This document shows positions 7,291 to 16,832 of a stretch of DNA of 64,000 nt, piece by piece (within the stretch, counting starts at the first letter, position 1; each line of letters starts with the position of its first letter). Below the pieces are notes generated by a model. The model did no database searches. It worked only from the letters and a program-made list of their open reading frames with translations, and was not told the DNA's origin. The position numbers and the translations under genes are program-made. The stretch is taken from the IMG/VR virus record IMGVR_UViG_3300023179_000073, positions 15,622 through 79,621 of that record. One strand, 5' to 3'. The DNA is from a virus.

Positions 7291-8091
7291 CTATATTTCA
7301 TGTTTAATCCTATTAAAAAATACAGTAGAAACTTGCTTGTGCCATTTTACTCCAAAATGAACACCATCTTTTGCACACTCCCAATATGGATCATTTTTTA
7401 AATTGTTTACAACAATAGAATTTATTTCTTTAATATCTATAAAATTATTAAAATTTAATTTTTTAAAAATATTGCAGTCATCTTCATTCCAAGATGTCCA
7501 AACCAGTTTTATACCTTTAGAGACACAGATAGATTCAAGCATATATAATAGTGTAGTTGCAAACAATAAATTATTTTCATGAACATATTCTTTGCTATAT
7601 TTTTTTTGTATTTCTATTGGTTGCATTAAATGCTTATTAATTAAAAATGCATTTACAAAACCATTTTGTTTTGAATAATAATAAAGATTTCTTGTTATGG
7701 GTGGAAAACAAATAAAAATATAATTTGGTGTGCCATAGTTATTTATAAAAGCATTTATATTTCTAATAATAGAATGTATAGATGCTCCAGAATAAGATAT
7801 GTCGTCTATATTTATATTATTTTTTAATAATTTAAAATCCTCATATAAATAATTAGACCACGTATTTTTTTTAAAAATTCCCCATCCCATAGAATTAGAA
7901 CATCCAGAAGTCAAAATATTTATATTTTTACTATCAAGCGTTAAAATTTCTTTTGATCTAAAACACAAAGAGTTCATATTGTATTTAATTTCTGGACCCT
8001 TTTGCCAATTATATACATGACCATTTTTTCCAGGTACGTCTCCGCCACCGCCAGAATATCGCCCTATGTAGGTTTTTTCTATTTCTTTCAT
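7291..8091 (-). CDS. SGNH/GDSL-like hydrolase or acyltransferase
   Basis: NSLCFRS..E, block I-like SGCSNSMG, SGAS and C-terminal DGVH. Confidence 0.6.
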   Translation of the reverse strand: MKEIEKTYIGRYSGGGGDVPGKNGHVYNWQKGPEIKYNMNSLCFRSKEILTLDSKNINILTSGCSNSMGWGIFKKNTWSNYLYEDFKLLKNNINIDDISYSGASIHSIIRNINAFINNYGTPNYIFICFPPITRNLYYYSKQNGFVNAFLINKHLMQPIEIQKKYSKEYVHENNLLFATTLLYMLESICVSKGIKLVWTSWNEDDCNIFKKLNFNNFIDIKEINSIVVNNLKNDPYWECAKDGVHFGVKWHKQVSTVFFNRIKHEI

Positions 8092-8127
8092 TGTATAATA
8101 ATTATAACATGCCTAAAAAAAATATAA

Positions 8128-9129
8128 TTAAATCAAATTTCTTCCAAGATTTGGTCCAGAACCTTTTTGTTTTACTGCACGAAAACAAGTCGTGCATATA
8201 GTGTTATATGCTTTTTTAATTGCCTCCTGTCTTTCTTGACTATACCAAATTTCTTTAATTGTTTTATCTTTAATGTTAATATATGCTGTTTCATAGTTAA
8301 AATCTGCACAACATATATAAACGTTGCCAGTTGCAGAAATATAGAGTTTGTCTGGGTTATCGTAACCACATCTAATTACTTTTCCAGTATTTTTTTGTTT
8401 AATTGCATTTTGATTTGAAATAATATCAAATGTTTCTAAAACTCCAACTCGGTCTCCAAGATTATCTCTTCCCCATATTTTTACTTTTGGTAAAATTTTT
8501 TTCATTTCTTTTACTATTTCTGCCAATGTTCCAGTGCTTAAATTTGGATCATATTTTGGTGCTTTATCTAAAACATCTATCCAACCACCATTTTTAAATA
8601 AAGAATTTTCGTTAATACCATTTGCCATGATATAAAATTCATCTGTTGAAAAAATTTCAAAAAACTCTTCTTGTGCGTATTTAAGATTGTTTAAAAGTTT
8701 TGGAAATATTTTAATGTTAAATCCAGTAAATTCAGACCATTGTTTTTCATTTAATGATGGAACATTTAATTGAACGGTACTAACAATATCTCTATATTCT
8801 TTAATTAGGTCTGTTTTTTCTTTTGTTAAATTAACGCCATTGCTAAATATATGCAATTTTATATTATACTTTCTATGAAGACCTAACATTTCTTTAAAAT
8901 ATGGATATAACAAAACTTCATTAAAATGAATTGGAAAATTTTCTATTTTTTCTTTTATCCAGACCCCCCTGCCTTCATTTAGTTGTTTAAATATATCTTC
9001 CATAGTTTCAATTGACATATTTGCTTTGTTTTCTTTTGAATTACCAACGTAGGCTACTGGACAAAACCAACACTTTGCATTGCAAAGTCCATTTGGATCT
9101 ATATTTATTGATAATATTTTGTTTGTCAT
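8128..9129 (-). CDS. Radical SAM protein with C-terminal SPASM/twitch-like domain
   Basis: CNAKCWFC (CxxxCxxC); C-terminal C..LYISATGNVYICC.D...CTTC. Confidence 0.85.
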   Translation of the reverse strand: MTNKILSINIDPNGLCNAKCWFCPVAYVGNSKENKANMSIETMEDIFKQLNEGRGVWIKEKIENFPIHFNEVLLYPYFKEMLGLHRKYNIKLHIFSNGVNLTKEKTDLIKEYRDIVSTVQLNVPSLNEKQWSEFTGFNIKIFPKLLNNLKYAQEEFFEIFSTDEFYIMANGINENSLFKNGGWIDVLDKAPKYDPNLSTGTLAEIVKEMKKILPKVKIWGRDNLGDRVGVLETFDIISNQNAIKQKNTGKVIRCGYDNPDKLYISATGNVYICCADFNYETAYINIKDKTIKEIWYSQERQEAIKKAYNTICTTCFRAVKQKGSGPNLGRNLI

Positions 9130-9167
9130 TTTATTTTTTTCATTATTTTTTTATTATATCAGATTTT

Positions 9168-9239
9168 TAGCCCTACAGAGAATTGAACTCTGCTCACCAA
9201 GATGAAAGCCTGGTATCCTGACCACTAGAAGATAGGGCC
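9168..9239 (-). tRNA. tRNA-Glu (TTC)
   Basis: Cloverleaf: acceptor GGCCCTA/TAGGGCT, anticodon arm CCAGG-CTTTCAT-CTTGG, T-arm CAGAG-TTCAATT-CTCTG; no encoded CCA. Confidence 0.9.
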
Positions 9240-9243
9240 TTAG

Positions 9244-9315
9244 AGCGAAAGACAAGATTTGAACTTGTAACATCTACCTTGGCAAGGTAGTACTCTACCA
9301 CTGAGTTACTTTCGC
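9244..9315 (-). tRNA. tRNA-Gly (GCC)
   Basis: Acceptor GCGAAAG/CTTTCGC, U73, anticodon arm CTACC-TTGCCAA-GGTAG, T-arm ACAAG-TTCAAAT-CTTGT; followed by CTA rather than CCA. Confidence 0.93.
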
Positions 9316-9325
9316 AACATCTATA

Positions 9326-10015
9326 TTATTTAATCCAAGATTTAAGTAAATCTATTAATATTTGAACTTTATTATTTAATAATAACAATCCAGAATCTTG
9401 TATTGTTTGTCTAACTTCTTCATTAGTTTTTCTTTTTCCTAAACTTAAAGATTCTGATTCATTATTATTTGTTGCAGAAATATCTGCTGTTGAATCCAAA
9501 CTCCAACCTTCTGTAACTCCAACCAATTGTCCATTAACTACAAATATATTCTCACTTACAAACGTTAAAACTTTATTTCCAAAAATAGTTGCAGAAGAAT
9601 TGTCTTGTTCTAGTGTTATTTCTGTTGGATTAGGATTTATGGCAGTAAAGGTTTTAGTTTCTCTGTCATAAGTAGTTGTTCCTGGACCAAACCAAACTCC
9701 AACATTGCTGTTTGGAACTTGAAGCACAGCCGTATCGCCTCCTGGACCAAAAGTTCCATTAGCACAAAAACTATGGCAAACAACTGTATTTGTTACAGTT
9801 CCATTTGAATCTACAATTGCATAGGAGCCTCCAGGTCCGCCAACTGTTCCACCATTTGACCCACCAACAGTTGGTCCAAAACTCGCAGGTGGGTTAAAGT
9901 TATTTATTAGTTCTGGGCCATGAATTCCCATTACAACTTCAAGACCTGCGTTTGCTGGTTGACTTATAAATATAGAAAATAGTAATACTGTTAAACTATA
10001 AATTATTTTTTTCAT
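9326..10015 (-). CDS. Secreted Gly-rich hypothetical protein
   Basis: Signal peptide ending ANA; GGPGG-rich segment; CHSFC. Confidence 0.7.
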   Translation of the reverse strand: MKKIIYSLTVLLFSIFISQPANAGLEVVMGIHGPELINNFNPPASFGPTVGGSNGGTVGGPGGSYAIVDSNGTVTNTVVCHSFCANGTFGPGGDTAVLQVPNSNVGVWFGPGTTTYDRETKTFTAINPNPTEITLEQDNSSATIFGNKVLTFVSENIFVVNGQLVGVTEGWSLDSTADISATNNNESESLSLGKRKTNEEVRQTIQDSGLLLLNNKVQILIDLLKSWIK

Positions 10016-10039
10016 TTTAATCTTTCTACTAGTTGTTTT

Positions 10040-10861
10040 TTATTTTATTTTTTTGGGAAGTTGATGATCTTTAAATTTATTTCCTTCTATATCTTCTCCA
10101 TTATAGTATACACGATCATAAACGGTAGGAGTTTTTTTGTTATTAATTTCTCTATGATTAGCATGTTTTTCTACAACTTGTATTTCTTGATTTACTACAT
10201 TTTCATTAAAAATTTCATAAGCATTTTTTAATTCAAAAGATTCACAAAAATATCTAGGAATTGGAATTAAACCAACTATTGGTGTGTTTTTTTGTATAAC
10301 TATTTCTACATTTTTTAAATCTACTTTTATGTTTAAAGTAAAAGTAAATCTAAGATTGTCAGACTCTACTACACCAGTCATTGGACTTAATCCTGGAGTT
10401 GGAAAATTTGGTGGAGCAATTGTCATTAAATTAATCCCTGGTGGAGTTTTTAGGGTCAACGGAAAATATATTGTTAAAATTCCATTTCCAAATGTTGAAG
10501 ACGGCATAATAATGTTTTTGCCTTCATAAATTTTAGCATCTTCTCCAAACTTAATAGACAAATCTTCTAAATTGTTATTTCCGTTCCAAAAAACACTAAA
10601 AGTGTATGGCAAACTAAAAACAAAGCCTTGCATATTACCAATTGCTAACGGCAAACATTTATAAAAATGAGAAGTAAACCAATCTCTTTTATGAGTATTT
10701 TTAAGTGGTTTTAAAAATAATTCAATATCTTTTAAATTAAAAGGCTCTATTCCTTTACTTGAAGCAACTGGGAAAAACGCAATGGTATTATCTGGAACAA
10801 CCAATCCATCTTTTTGATTAATTATCATTGTTTTTTTATCTAACATATATAAATCATACAC
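10040..10861 (-). CDS. DUF6065-like protein
   Basis: RDWF...YKCLPLAIGNMQGF, PPN, GVVESD, TFTLN pattern recalled for this family. Confidence 0.7.
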   Translation of the reverse strand: MYDLYMLDKKTMIINQKDGLVVPDNTIAFFPVASSKGIEPFNLKDIELFLKPLKNTHKRDWFTSHFYKCLPLAIGNMQGFVFSLPYTFSVFWNGNNNLEDLSIKFGEDAKIYEGKNIIMPSSTFGNGILTIYFPLTLKTPPGINLMTIAPPNFPTPGLSPMTGVVESDNLRFTFTLNIKVDLKNVEIVIQKNTPIVGLIPIPRYFCESFELKNAYEIFNENVVNQEIQVVEKHANHREINNKKTPTVYDRVYYNGEDIEGNKFKDHQLPKKIK

Positions 10862-10885
10862 CTTTTACCTTCTTTTGTCAAATAA

Positions 10886-12310
10886 CTATCTAATAATTTT
10901 AGTATTATATTGTTTTTCCCACAAAAAAATATCACTTTCATCATTTAATAATGGTTGCCCTTTAATATTTAAACTAGTATTAAGTAAAATAGGAACTCCA
11001 GATATTTTATAAAATTTTTTAAGAACACTCCAAAGTCCTAAATGTTGATTTTTATTTACAGTTTGAACCCTAGATGTTCCATCAACATGCACAACAGATG
11101 GTATTTTTTCTGGTTGTAAACACTTTACTGCGTATTGCATATATGAAGAATTAAAATTCATGTCAAACCATTTGTCGGCATATTCCTCCATAACAACTGG
11201 CGCAAATGGCCTAAATAATTCTCTTTGTTTAATTAAATTAACCTTGTCTTTAATATTTGGATCTCTTGGGTCTGCCAAAATGCTTCTATTTCCCAATGCT
11301 CTAGGTCCATATTCTGCTTTTCCAGTTGCTACCGCTGCAACTTTATTATTTAATAATTCTTTTATAATTTCTTCTACAGGATACTTTCCACCTAAATCAT
11401 ACCCAAGATATGGAGTTTGCCAATCCAAATGTTTTCCATAAAGGGCTGCTGCAGCACCAAGAGATGATCCAGCATCTCCTGGATTAGGCATAATCCAAAT
11501 ATCATCAAAAATATCCCACAACATTGTATTAGCAGAACAATTTAATGCACATCCACCCATAAAAACTAAATTTTTTTTATTAGTTATTTTGTATGCCATA
11601 TTCATAAAATCAATTAATCTTTGTTCATATATTAATTGAACAGATGCAGCAATATCAAAACGATCTTGTTCTGTAATTTGAACATTCCAATCAACTATTC
11701 CTTTATGAAAATTATATTTTTGTCTGTTATGTTTTGGAAAATATTCATTAATTTTTTTATAATATTTTGACCAGTCTCCGTATCCAGCCATTCCCATCAT
11801 AATATACTCTTCTTGGTTTGGCATAAGTCCAATCAATTGCGTAAAGGCTGAATAAAACAATCCAAAACTAACTGGATAATTTTTTTTATATTTTAATTTA
11901 ATCTTATTGTTTTCACCTATCCAAATTGTAGAGGTATTGTATTCTCCAATAGCATCTAGTACTACAATAACAGCATTATCAAATTTACTAGTGTAATACC
12001 CTGCTGCTGCGTGAGAATAGTGATGACTAAAAGATTTTCTTGGAATATTATCTATATTAAACCTTGGTTTCCATTCCCCAGATCCACCTCTTAAAATCAG
12101 TCTAGAAGCCTTTAGAAGGGGTTTTTCGTAGTAGGCTATGTAATCTGGTCTACCATACTGCAAAGCATCTTTTATTAAACTATCATTGATATACCAATCA
12201 TTTTTTTTCTTACTGTATCTTTCTGCATGCCCCGCAAAAAGAATTTTGTTATCTTTAATCAATGAAATTGATGCATCATGAGAAGTTTCATTTATGCCAA
12301 GAATTATCAT
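10886..12310 (-). CDS. Carbamoyltransferase (NodU/CmcH/TobZ family)
   Basis: HDAS, HHYSHAAAG, DAIGE, GGCALNC, EYGPRALGNRS, FRPFAP, HVDGTSRVQTV, LNTSLN. Confidence 0.95.
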   Translation of the reverse strand: MIILGINETSHDASISLIKDNKILFAGHAERYSKKKNDWYINDSLIKDALQYGRPDYIAYYEKPLLKASRLILRGGSGEWKPRFNIDNIPRKSFSHHYSHAAAGYYTSKFDNAVIVVLDAIGEYNTSTIWIGENNKIKLKYKKNYPVSFGLFYSAFTQLIGLMPNQEEYIMMGMAGYGDWSKYYKKINEYFPKHNRQKYNFHKGIVDWNVQITEQDRFDIAASVQLIYEQRLIDFMNMAYKITNKKNLVFMGGCALNCSANTMLWDIFDDIWIMPNPGDAGSSLGAAAALYGKHLDWQTPYLGYDLGGKYPVEEIIKELLNNKVAAVATGKAEYGPRALGNRSILADPRDPNIKDKVNLIKQRELFRPFAPVVMEEYADKWFDMNFNSSYMQYAVKCLQPEKIPSVVHVDGTSRVQTVNKNQHLGLWSVLKKFYKISGVPILLNTSLNIKGQPLLNDESDIFLWEKQYNTKIIR

Positions 12311-12335
12311 TTTTTAATTTTTGTTATTATTTTTT

Positions 12336-12860
12336 TCATATACTTACTACATCAACTGGACCCATGCATGATGGACTAAACTTAATAGCACAACTTACTG
12401 CCCCTACAACTCTTTTACGAAGATCCTTAGATTTTTCGGTAGCATGTAAATATCCATAGGCGTATTCAGCCCCTGATCCCATTGCTAAATAATCTAAATT
12501 ATATTTAGATAAAGACATATCAACAGCATTGTGCTCATATATTTGACCTTTAACACAAATTATTAAGCCAAGATCAGCCTCTTTGCCAGTATCAACCCAC
12601 CAGTCATTATAAAAATTTTTAAGTTGTTTAATAAATTTAGTTTGCATAAACTTATCTATGTCTTTTATATCTGGAACATATGGATTAAAGTTATATCTAA
12701 TTCTTTCTCCATCTAATGCCCCTGCGTATCCAAGTAAATATGGACCAAGTTTCCAAACCTTGGGTGCTATTAAAGATAAAATTGTATTATCATCAGATGC
12801 ACCACGGTCACCAGCCATATAAACCTTACCCTCGTGACGTGCTACAGCCAAAACAGTCAT
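12336..12860 (-). CDS. Ntn-hydrolase, HslV/proteasome-beta-like peptidase
   Basis: N-terminal M-T nucleophile, MAGD, K, GYAG and AMGSGAEYAYG. Confidence 0.85.
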   Translation of the reverse strand: MTVLAVARHEGKVYMAGDRGASDDNTILSLIAPKVWKLGPYLLGYAGALDGERIRYNFNPYVPDIKDIDKFMQTKFIKQLKNFYNDWWVDTGKEADLGLIICVKGQIYEHNAVDMSLSKYNLDYLAMGSGAEYAYGYLHATEKSKDLRKRVVGAVSCAIKFSPSCMGPVDVVSI

Positions 12861-12923
12861 ACTAGATCCCCTTAGAGTGCGTCTTTTAAGTATAGCAAAA
12901 GATTATTACTTAGTCAAACACCT

Positions 12924-13544
12924 TTATTTGGTGATTTTATATCCTTTTGAAGTTAAAAGGTCTATAGCAGCCTGTATTTTTGGATTTACCTTGTCAGATT
13001 TAGACGCTGATCCGCCAGACGGCTTTGAAGTAGTATTATTAGAATTGCCAAACTTTGGTCTACCAAACCCTACAATTGAAACCATAATATTTTTTTTATT
13101 TTTTTTAAAGGCACGAAGTTTTTTACAAACCTCTCCACCGTTACGTTGGCTACCTTTAGGATCTCCAGATGTATTTCCTTCAACACACCACACTGTACCG
13201 TCGCCATTATCAGCAATAACAATACCTACGTGGCTAATTCTATCTACCCCGTCAGAAGGAAAATCAAAATATGCTATATCTCCTGGCTCTGGATCTGCAA
13301 TATCTCCATCAATCCAATTACCTGCTTTTTTGAATGCTGCTGCACCACCTGGAGTATAAACAGTATTAGGAATCTTTACTCCTGCTTCATTTGCACACCA
13401 GTTAACAAAGGATCCACACCAAGGCTGAAAATCTGCTTTAGTAAACTTACCATATTTGGTTTCGTTATCTTTTGGACCTTCTACAGTTCCAATTTCTGCT
13501 TTTGCAACTTCAATTAAACGCTCTGCTGTACCTTGATCTGCCAT
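12924..13544 (-). CDS. Endolysin, CHAP domain
   Basis: PWCGSFV, PGDIAYFDF, SHVGIV, VEGNT. Confidence 0.9.
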   Translation of the reverse strand: MADQGTAERLIEVAKAEIGTVEGPKDNETKYGKFTKADFQPWCGSFVNWCANEAGVKIPNTVYTPGGAAAFKKAGNWIDGDIADPEPGDIAYFDFPSDGVDRISHVGIVIADNGDGTVWCVEGNTSGDPKGSQRNGGEVCKKLRAFKKNKKNIMVSIVGFGRPKFGNSNNTTSKPSGGSASKSDKVNPKIQAAIDLLTSKGYKITK

Positions 13545-13546
13545 TT

Positions 13547-13954
13547 TTATTTATCCCAATCAGTATCAACTGGTTGTTCTTCTGGCATTGCACCATCTGG
13601 TTTAGCAAGTCTACGTGCTTTTGCTTCATCAATTTCTGCTTCTAATTTTTTATCTGCTAAAGTATTTTTAGCATCAACCTCTTTGTTTGCAATCTGTGCT
13701 GCCATTACATCTTTAGCACCAGACTGACCAATTAATAATCCTGCTAATGTTCCTGTAATAAATGTTGCTACGCTTCCAAGAACATTGAAAAACATTTTAT
13801 CATTTTCTGATTGTCCAGTAATTGGTTGTGTAACAAATATTAAAGCATATAAGATTCCCAATGATGTACATAATAAAATTGTTCCAAGCGTAATTCCTAA
13901 AATAAATTTAAGTCTTGCATCTAAATCTTGAGGGGATAATCTTTCTTTAGCCAT
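13547..13954 (-). CDS. Two-TM membrane protein, holin candidate
   Basis: Two hydrophobic helices and a charged C-terminal tail; immediately upstream of the endolysin. Confidence 0.65.
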   Translation of the reverse strand: MAKERLSPQDLDARLKFILGITLGTILLCTSLGILYALIFVTQPITGQSENDKMFFNVLGSVATFITGTLAGLLIGQSGAKDVMAAQIANKEVDAKNTLADKKLEAEIDEAKARRLAKPDGAMPEEQPVDTDWDK

Positions 13955-14143
13955 TTATTTTTCTCCAATATCTATTAAGTCTTTTGGACATGCTCCATTA
14001 GCCGTACAAATTGGTGGTTTACATTCTGCTAACTCCCAGTTTGTTGGATCTTGACATTGATAACGATAATGTCCGTCATATCCACAGCCAGTTAGCAATA
14101 AGGCTAAAACAGTTGACAGTAAGAATATGCGTATTTTTGACAT
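13955..14143 (-). CDS. Small Cys-rich lipoprotein in lysis cassette
   Basis: Lipobox LLTGC plus four further Cys; leaderless start 6 nt after TGATATAAT (14150-14158). Confidence 0.75.
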   Translation of the reverse strand: MSKIRIFLLSTVLALLLTGCGYDGHYRYQCQDPTNWELAECKPPICTANGACPKDLIDIGEK

Positions 14144-14161
14144 ATTCCCATTATATCAAAC

Positions 14162-14338
14162 TTATTCGTCTTCTTTACGAATTCCAATGGTTGCAAACCA
14201 TATGGCTACTGAGGCTAGGGTTACATACCCAACCACTGTCTTTGCGCTACCCTCTAAAACCACCCATGCTACAAAGAAGCCAAGGAATGTAAAGTTTTCG
14301 TTTAGGGCTGCCATACCCCATTCTTTTAACTTTTTCAT
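14162..14338 (-). CDS. Small two-TM membrane protein
   Basis: 58 aa hydrophobic ORF; SD AAGGAG inside the end of the upstream gene. Confidence 0.75.
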   Translation of the reverse strand: MKKLKEWGMAALNENFTFLGFFVAWVVLEGSAKTVVGYVTLASVAIWFATIGIRKEDE

Positions 14339-14339
14339 T

Positions 14340-16832
14340 TTATCTCCTTCTTCTAGGTGCAGTAGCAACAATTAATTGACCAGCAATAATCGTTACAACC
14401 ACAATATCTTCTGCTTTTTCACGTTCTGGAATAGACATATCAGCACCTATGTTAAGTAAGGCTTTGCCCAACTCACATTTTTGCTCTTCTGTCAAACCTT
14501 CAATTGCTTCATCTGGATTAAAACAAGTAGCAATTGCTCCCAGCAATGCTGCTGGACTTTCTAATACAAGCAATGCAGATGCTACCTCTGCTGTAATGAC
14601 TACAGGATTGCCATTAGCATCTTCTCTAACTTCTACTGGTATTTGTGGTGGAAGATCACGATATTCAAGTCCCGCTGCTTCTATGGCTGATGCTTCAATT
14701 GGAGCACCTTCTGCAGACTCAACTAAAGCATCTGCAACTAAATCTTTTTCTGCCAAAGTTAATACTCCATCTTCAGACAAGGCTTCTGATAGATTTATTA
14801 CTTCGTCTGTAGTTATTTCTCCATCTGCAGATAACGCATCAAGAATTGCTTCAGCATCTGCAGCAGTTATATTTCCATCTTCAATTAATTCGCTAACCGC
14901 TTCTTGTATTTCTTCTACTGATAAGGTATCATTATCTTGTGAATCTTCTTGATCAGTACCCTCGTTTTCTTCAGGAGTATTATCTTGTTCGTCATTGGAT
15001 GAAGAGTCATCAGATTCAGGTGTATCCGTATCTTGAGATTCATCACCTTCAGAAGATTCATCACTCTCATCAGGAGATGGCTCTGGCTCTGTACTATCCC
15101 CTTCATCTGGAGTGGTCTCGTCTGGTTGAGTTTGTTCGTTGTTATCAACAGGGTCATAAGAAGGAGCAGAACCTCCACCAGTAGTTATATTTGAACTTTG
15201 TTGTGCGGGTATAGAAATAACAGTCTCAGTATATTGACTTACAGGTCCAGACCAGTTAGCAACTCTAATAGTATAGGTAGCACCTTCTGTCAAACCAGTT
15301 AACTGAATAAATTCTGGTGCACCATCAGTATTTAAAGTTTGACCTTCGTATGGATTCTCTGCATTTGGATCATCAGTTATTACTTGATAGAACCAAGTGT
15401 TTGCTGTATACCCTTCTGGTAACTCAGGAGCAATAGTTACTGTTGTTCCCTCAACAACTGGTTCTGCTAGTATTGGAGCGGGAGTAGGAATATTATTATT
15501 AATAACAGAAATTAATTGATTTGCTTTAGTGTTTAGTGTTGATTCAATAGATGTTTTTGTTGATACCGCTGAATTTATGGTATTAGTTAAAGATGTTGTG
15601 TTAATAGCATTTATATTAGATGTATTTGTTGCGTTCTGTGCAACTACTGGACTTAGACTTGCATTTAGTTGAAATATAGTTGCATTTGCAGCATCAACTG
15701 CTGCTTGAACTGAGGCATTATTTGGATCTACTATAGGAGTAAAATTTGGACCCTGACTTATTTGCCCATTAAATCCAGCACCGTTATTTGTATCAGTAAT
15801 ATTCGTTACTGAACCTCCTGCTGTTTCTCTATAATTAAATCTAGCGCCACCTGGAATTGGTCCAATTGCAGAAACATCTGCCATCCATGCACCATTGTTT
15901 GGATTTACATCAGCATTAAATCTAATTTGAACCATTTGTGTTGAAGCATCTTGTTGTGGAAATGGTCTAACATCCCATGCAATATCTAATGAAGAGCCTG
16001 TTGTTGCATATGTAATTCCAGTTCCTGTACTCCATGTTGTCCAGTCCCACCCTGCAATAGAAATTGACGGGGCATTTGGAGTTGAGTAGTAATTTGCACC
16101 TTCATTTACACCAAAAGTAATTGTTGCATTAGATCCAACATAAACATTGTTGTATAAAGTTCCACCCATTAATAAACCAAATGGTAAATTCATTTGAACG
16201 CCAGCATCATCTACGCCAGCCAAAACATTTGTGCTTGCTCCAATAGTTGCTTGTAAAGCATTTACTGCATTTTGTGCATTGTCAATTGCAATATTTGCTT
16301 GAGTTAATTCTGTTTGTGCATTTGCCTGTGCTGCTACCGCCTCTGCCTTAGCAAGTCCTGCTTCTGATACTGCTGTTTGAGCCTGAGTAATTTGTGTTCC
16401 TAAATTGGTTATGGCTGTGGTTGCAACAACTACGGTGTCTTTTGCATTTTGCACTACTTGAGAACTTTGATCTATTGGGGTAATCGCTAAATTAACGTTA
16501 TTAATGGTATTAATAGATGTCTGAACATCATTTACTGCTGAATTTGCAATTGATATTTTTGATGATATTTCTGCAACAATAGGCTGGGCTTGAGATAGTT
16601 CGGTTTGTGCTTGTGTTACCTCTACTGTAGCATTGTTTGTGGCTGTAATAGCCTGCTGAACCTCTGTGGTAGCCGTTGCAAGGGCACTATTGACTGCCTG
16701 TTGGGCAGGGCTAACCACTACCTGTTCTTGATTTTCTGTAGCCCCAGCGTGATCTGGAGCCATAATTCCAAAAATTGTTATGCATAAACCTACCCCAAAG
16801 GCTATTATCAGTTTACGTTTAAGATTCTTCAA
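14340..16832 (-). CDS. Large cell-surface protein (signal peptide, coiled coil, NIDO-like insert, FN3, acidic linker, C-terminal TM + RRRR)
   Basis: Signal ending AGA; Ala/Gln heptads; DDAGVQMNLPF..YVGSNATITF; LTGLTEGATYTIRVAN; D/E/P/S-rich linker; hydrophobic tail then RRRR. Confidence 0.8.
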   Translation of the reverse strand: MKNLKRKLIIAFGVGLCITIFGIMAPDHAGATENQEQVVVSPAQQAVNSALATATTEVQQAITATNNATVEVTQAQTELSQAQPIVAEISSKISIANSAVNDVQTSINTINNVNLAITPIDQSSQVVQNAKDTVVVATTAITNLGTQITQAQTAVSEAGLAKAEAVAAQANAQTELTQANIAIDNAQNAVNALQATIGASTNVLAGVDDAGVQMNLPFGLLMGGTLYNNVYVGSNATITFGVNEGANYYSTPNAPSISIAGWDWTTWSTGTGITYATTGSSLDIAWDVRPFPQQDASTQMVQIRFNADVNPNNGAWMADVSAIGPIPGGARFNYRETAGGSVTNITDTNNGAGFNGQISQGPNFTPIVDPNNASVQAAVDAANATIFQLNASLSPVVAQNATNTSNINAINTTSLTNTINSAVSTKTSIESTLNTKANQLISVINNNIPTPAPILAEPVVEGTTVTIAPELPEGYTANTWFYQVITDDPNAENPYEGQTLNTDGAPEFIQLTGLTEGATYTIRVANWSGPVSQYTETVISIPAQQSSNITTGGGSAPSYDPVDNNEQTQPDETTPDEGDSTEPEPSPDESDESSEGDESQDTDTPESDDSSSNDEQDNTPEENEGTDQEDSQDNDTLSVEEIQEAVSELIEDGNITAADAEAILDALSADGEITTDEVINLSEALSEDGVLTLAEKDLVADALVESAEGAPIEASAIEAAGLEYRDLPPQIPVEVREDANGNPVVITAEVASALLVLESPAALLGAIATCFNPDEAIEGLTEEQKCELGKALLNIGADMSIPEREKAEDIVVVTIIAGQLIVATAPRRRR

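Noticed and set aside
9168-9315. tRNAs as a prophage attachment site
   Set aside because: No integrase or repressor in the window, and phage-type genes continue on both sides
14449-14952. Plus-strand ORFs here and at 12877..13359, 63149..63550 and similar positions
   Set aside because: They lie opposite well-supported minus-strand genes and show no recognisable motifs
14930-15180. Acidic D/E/P/S-rich stretch as a tandem repeat or diversity-generating element
   Set aside because: Protein-level low complexity only; no exact DNA repeat unit and no reverse transcriptase in the window
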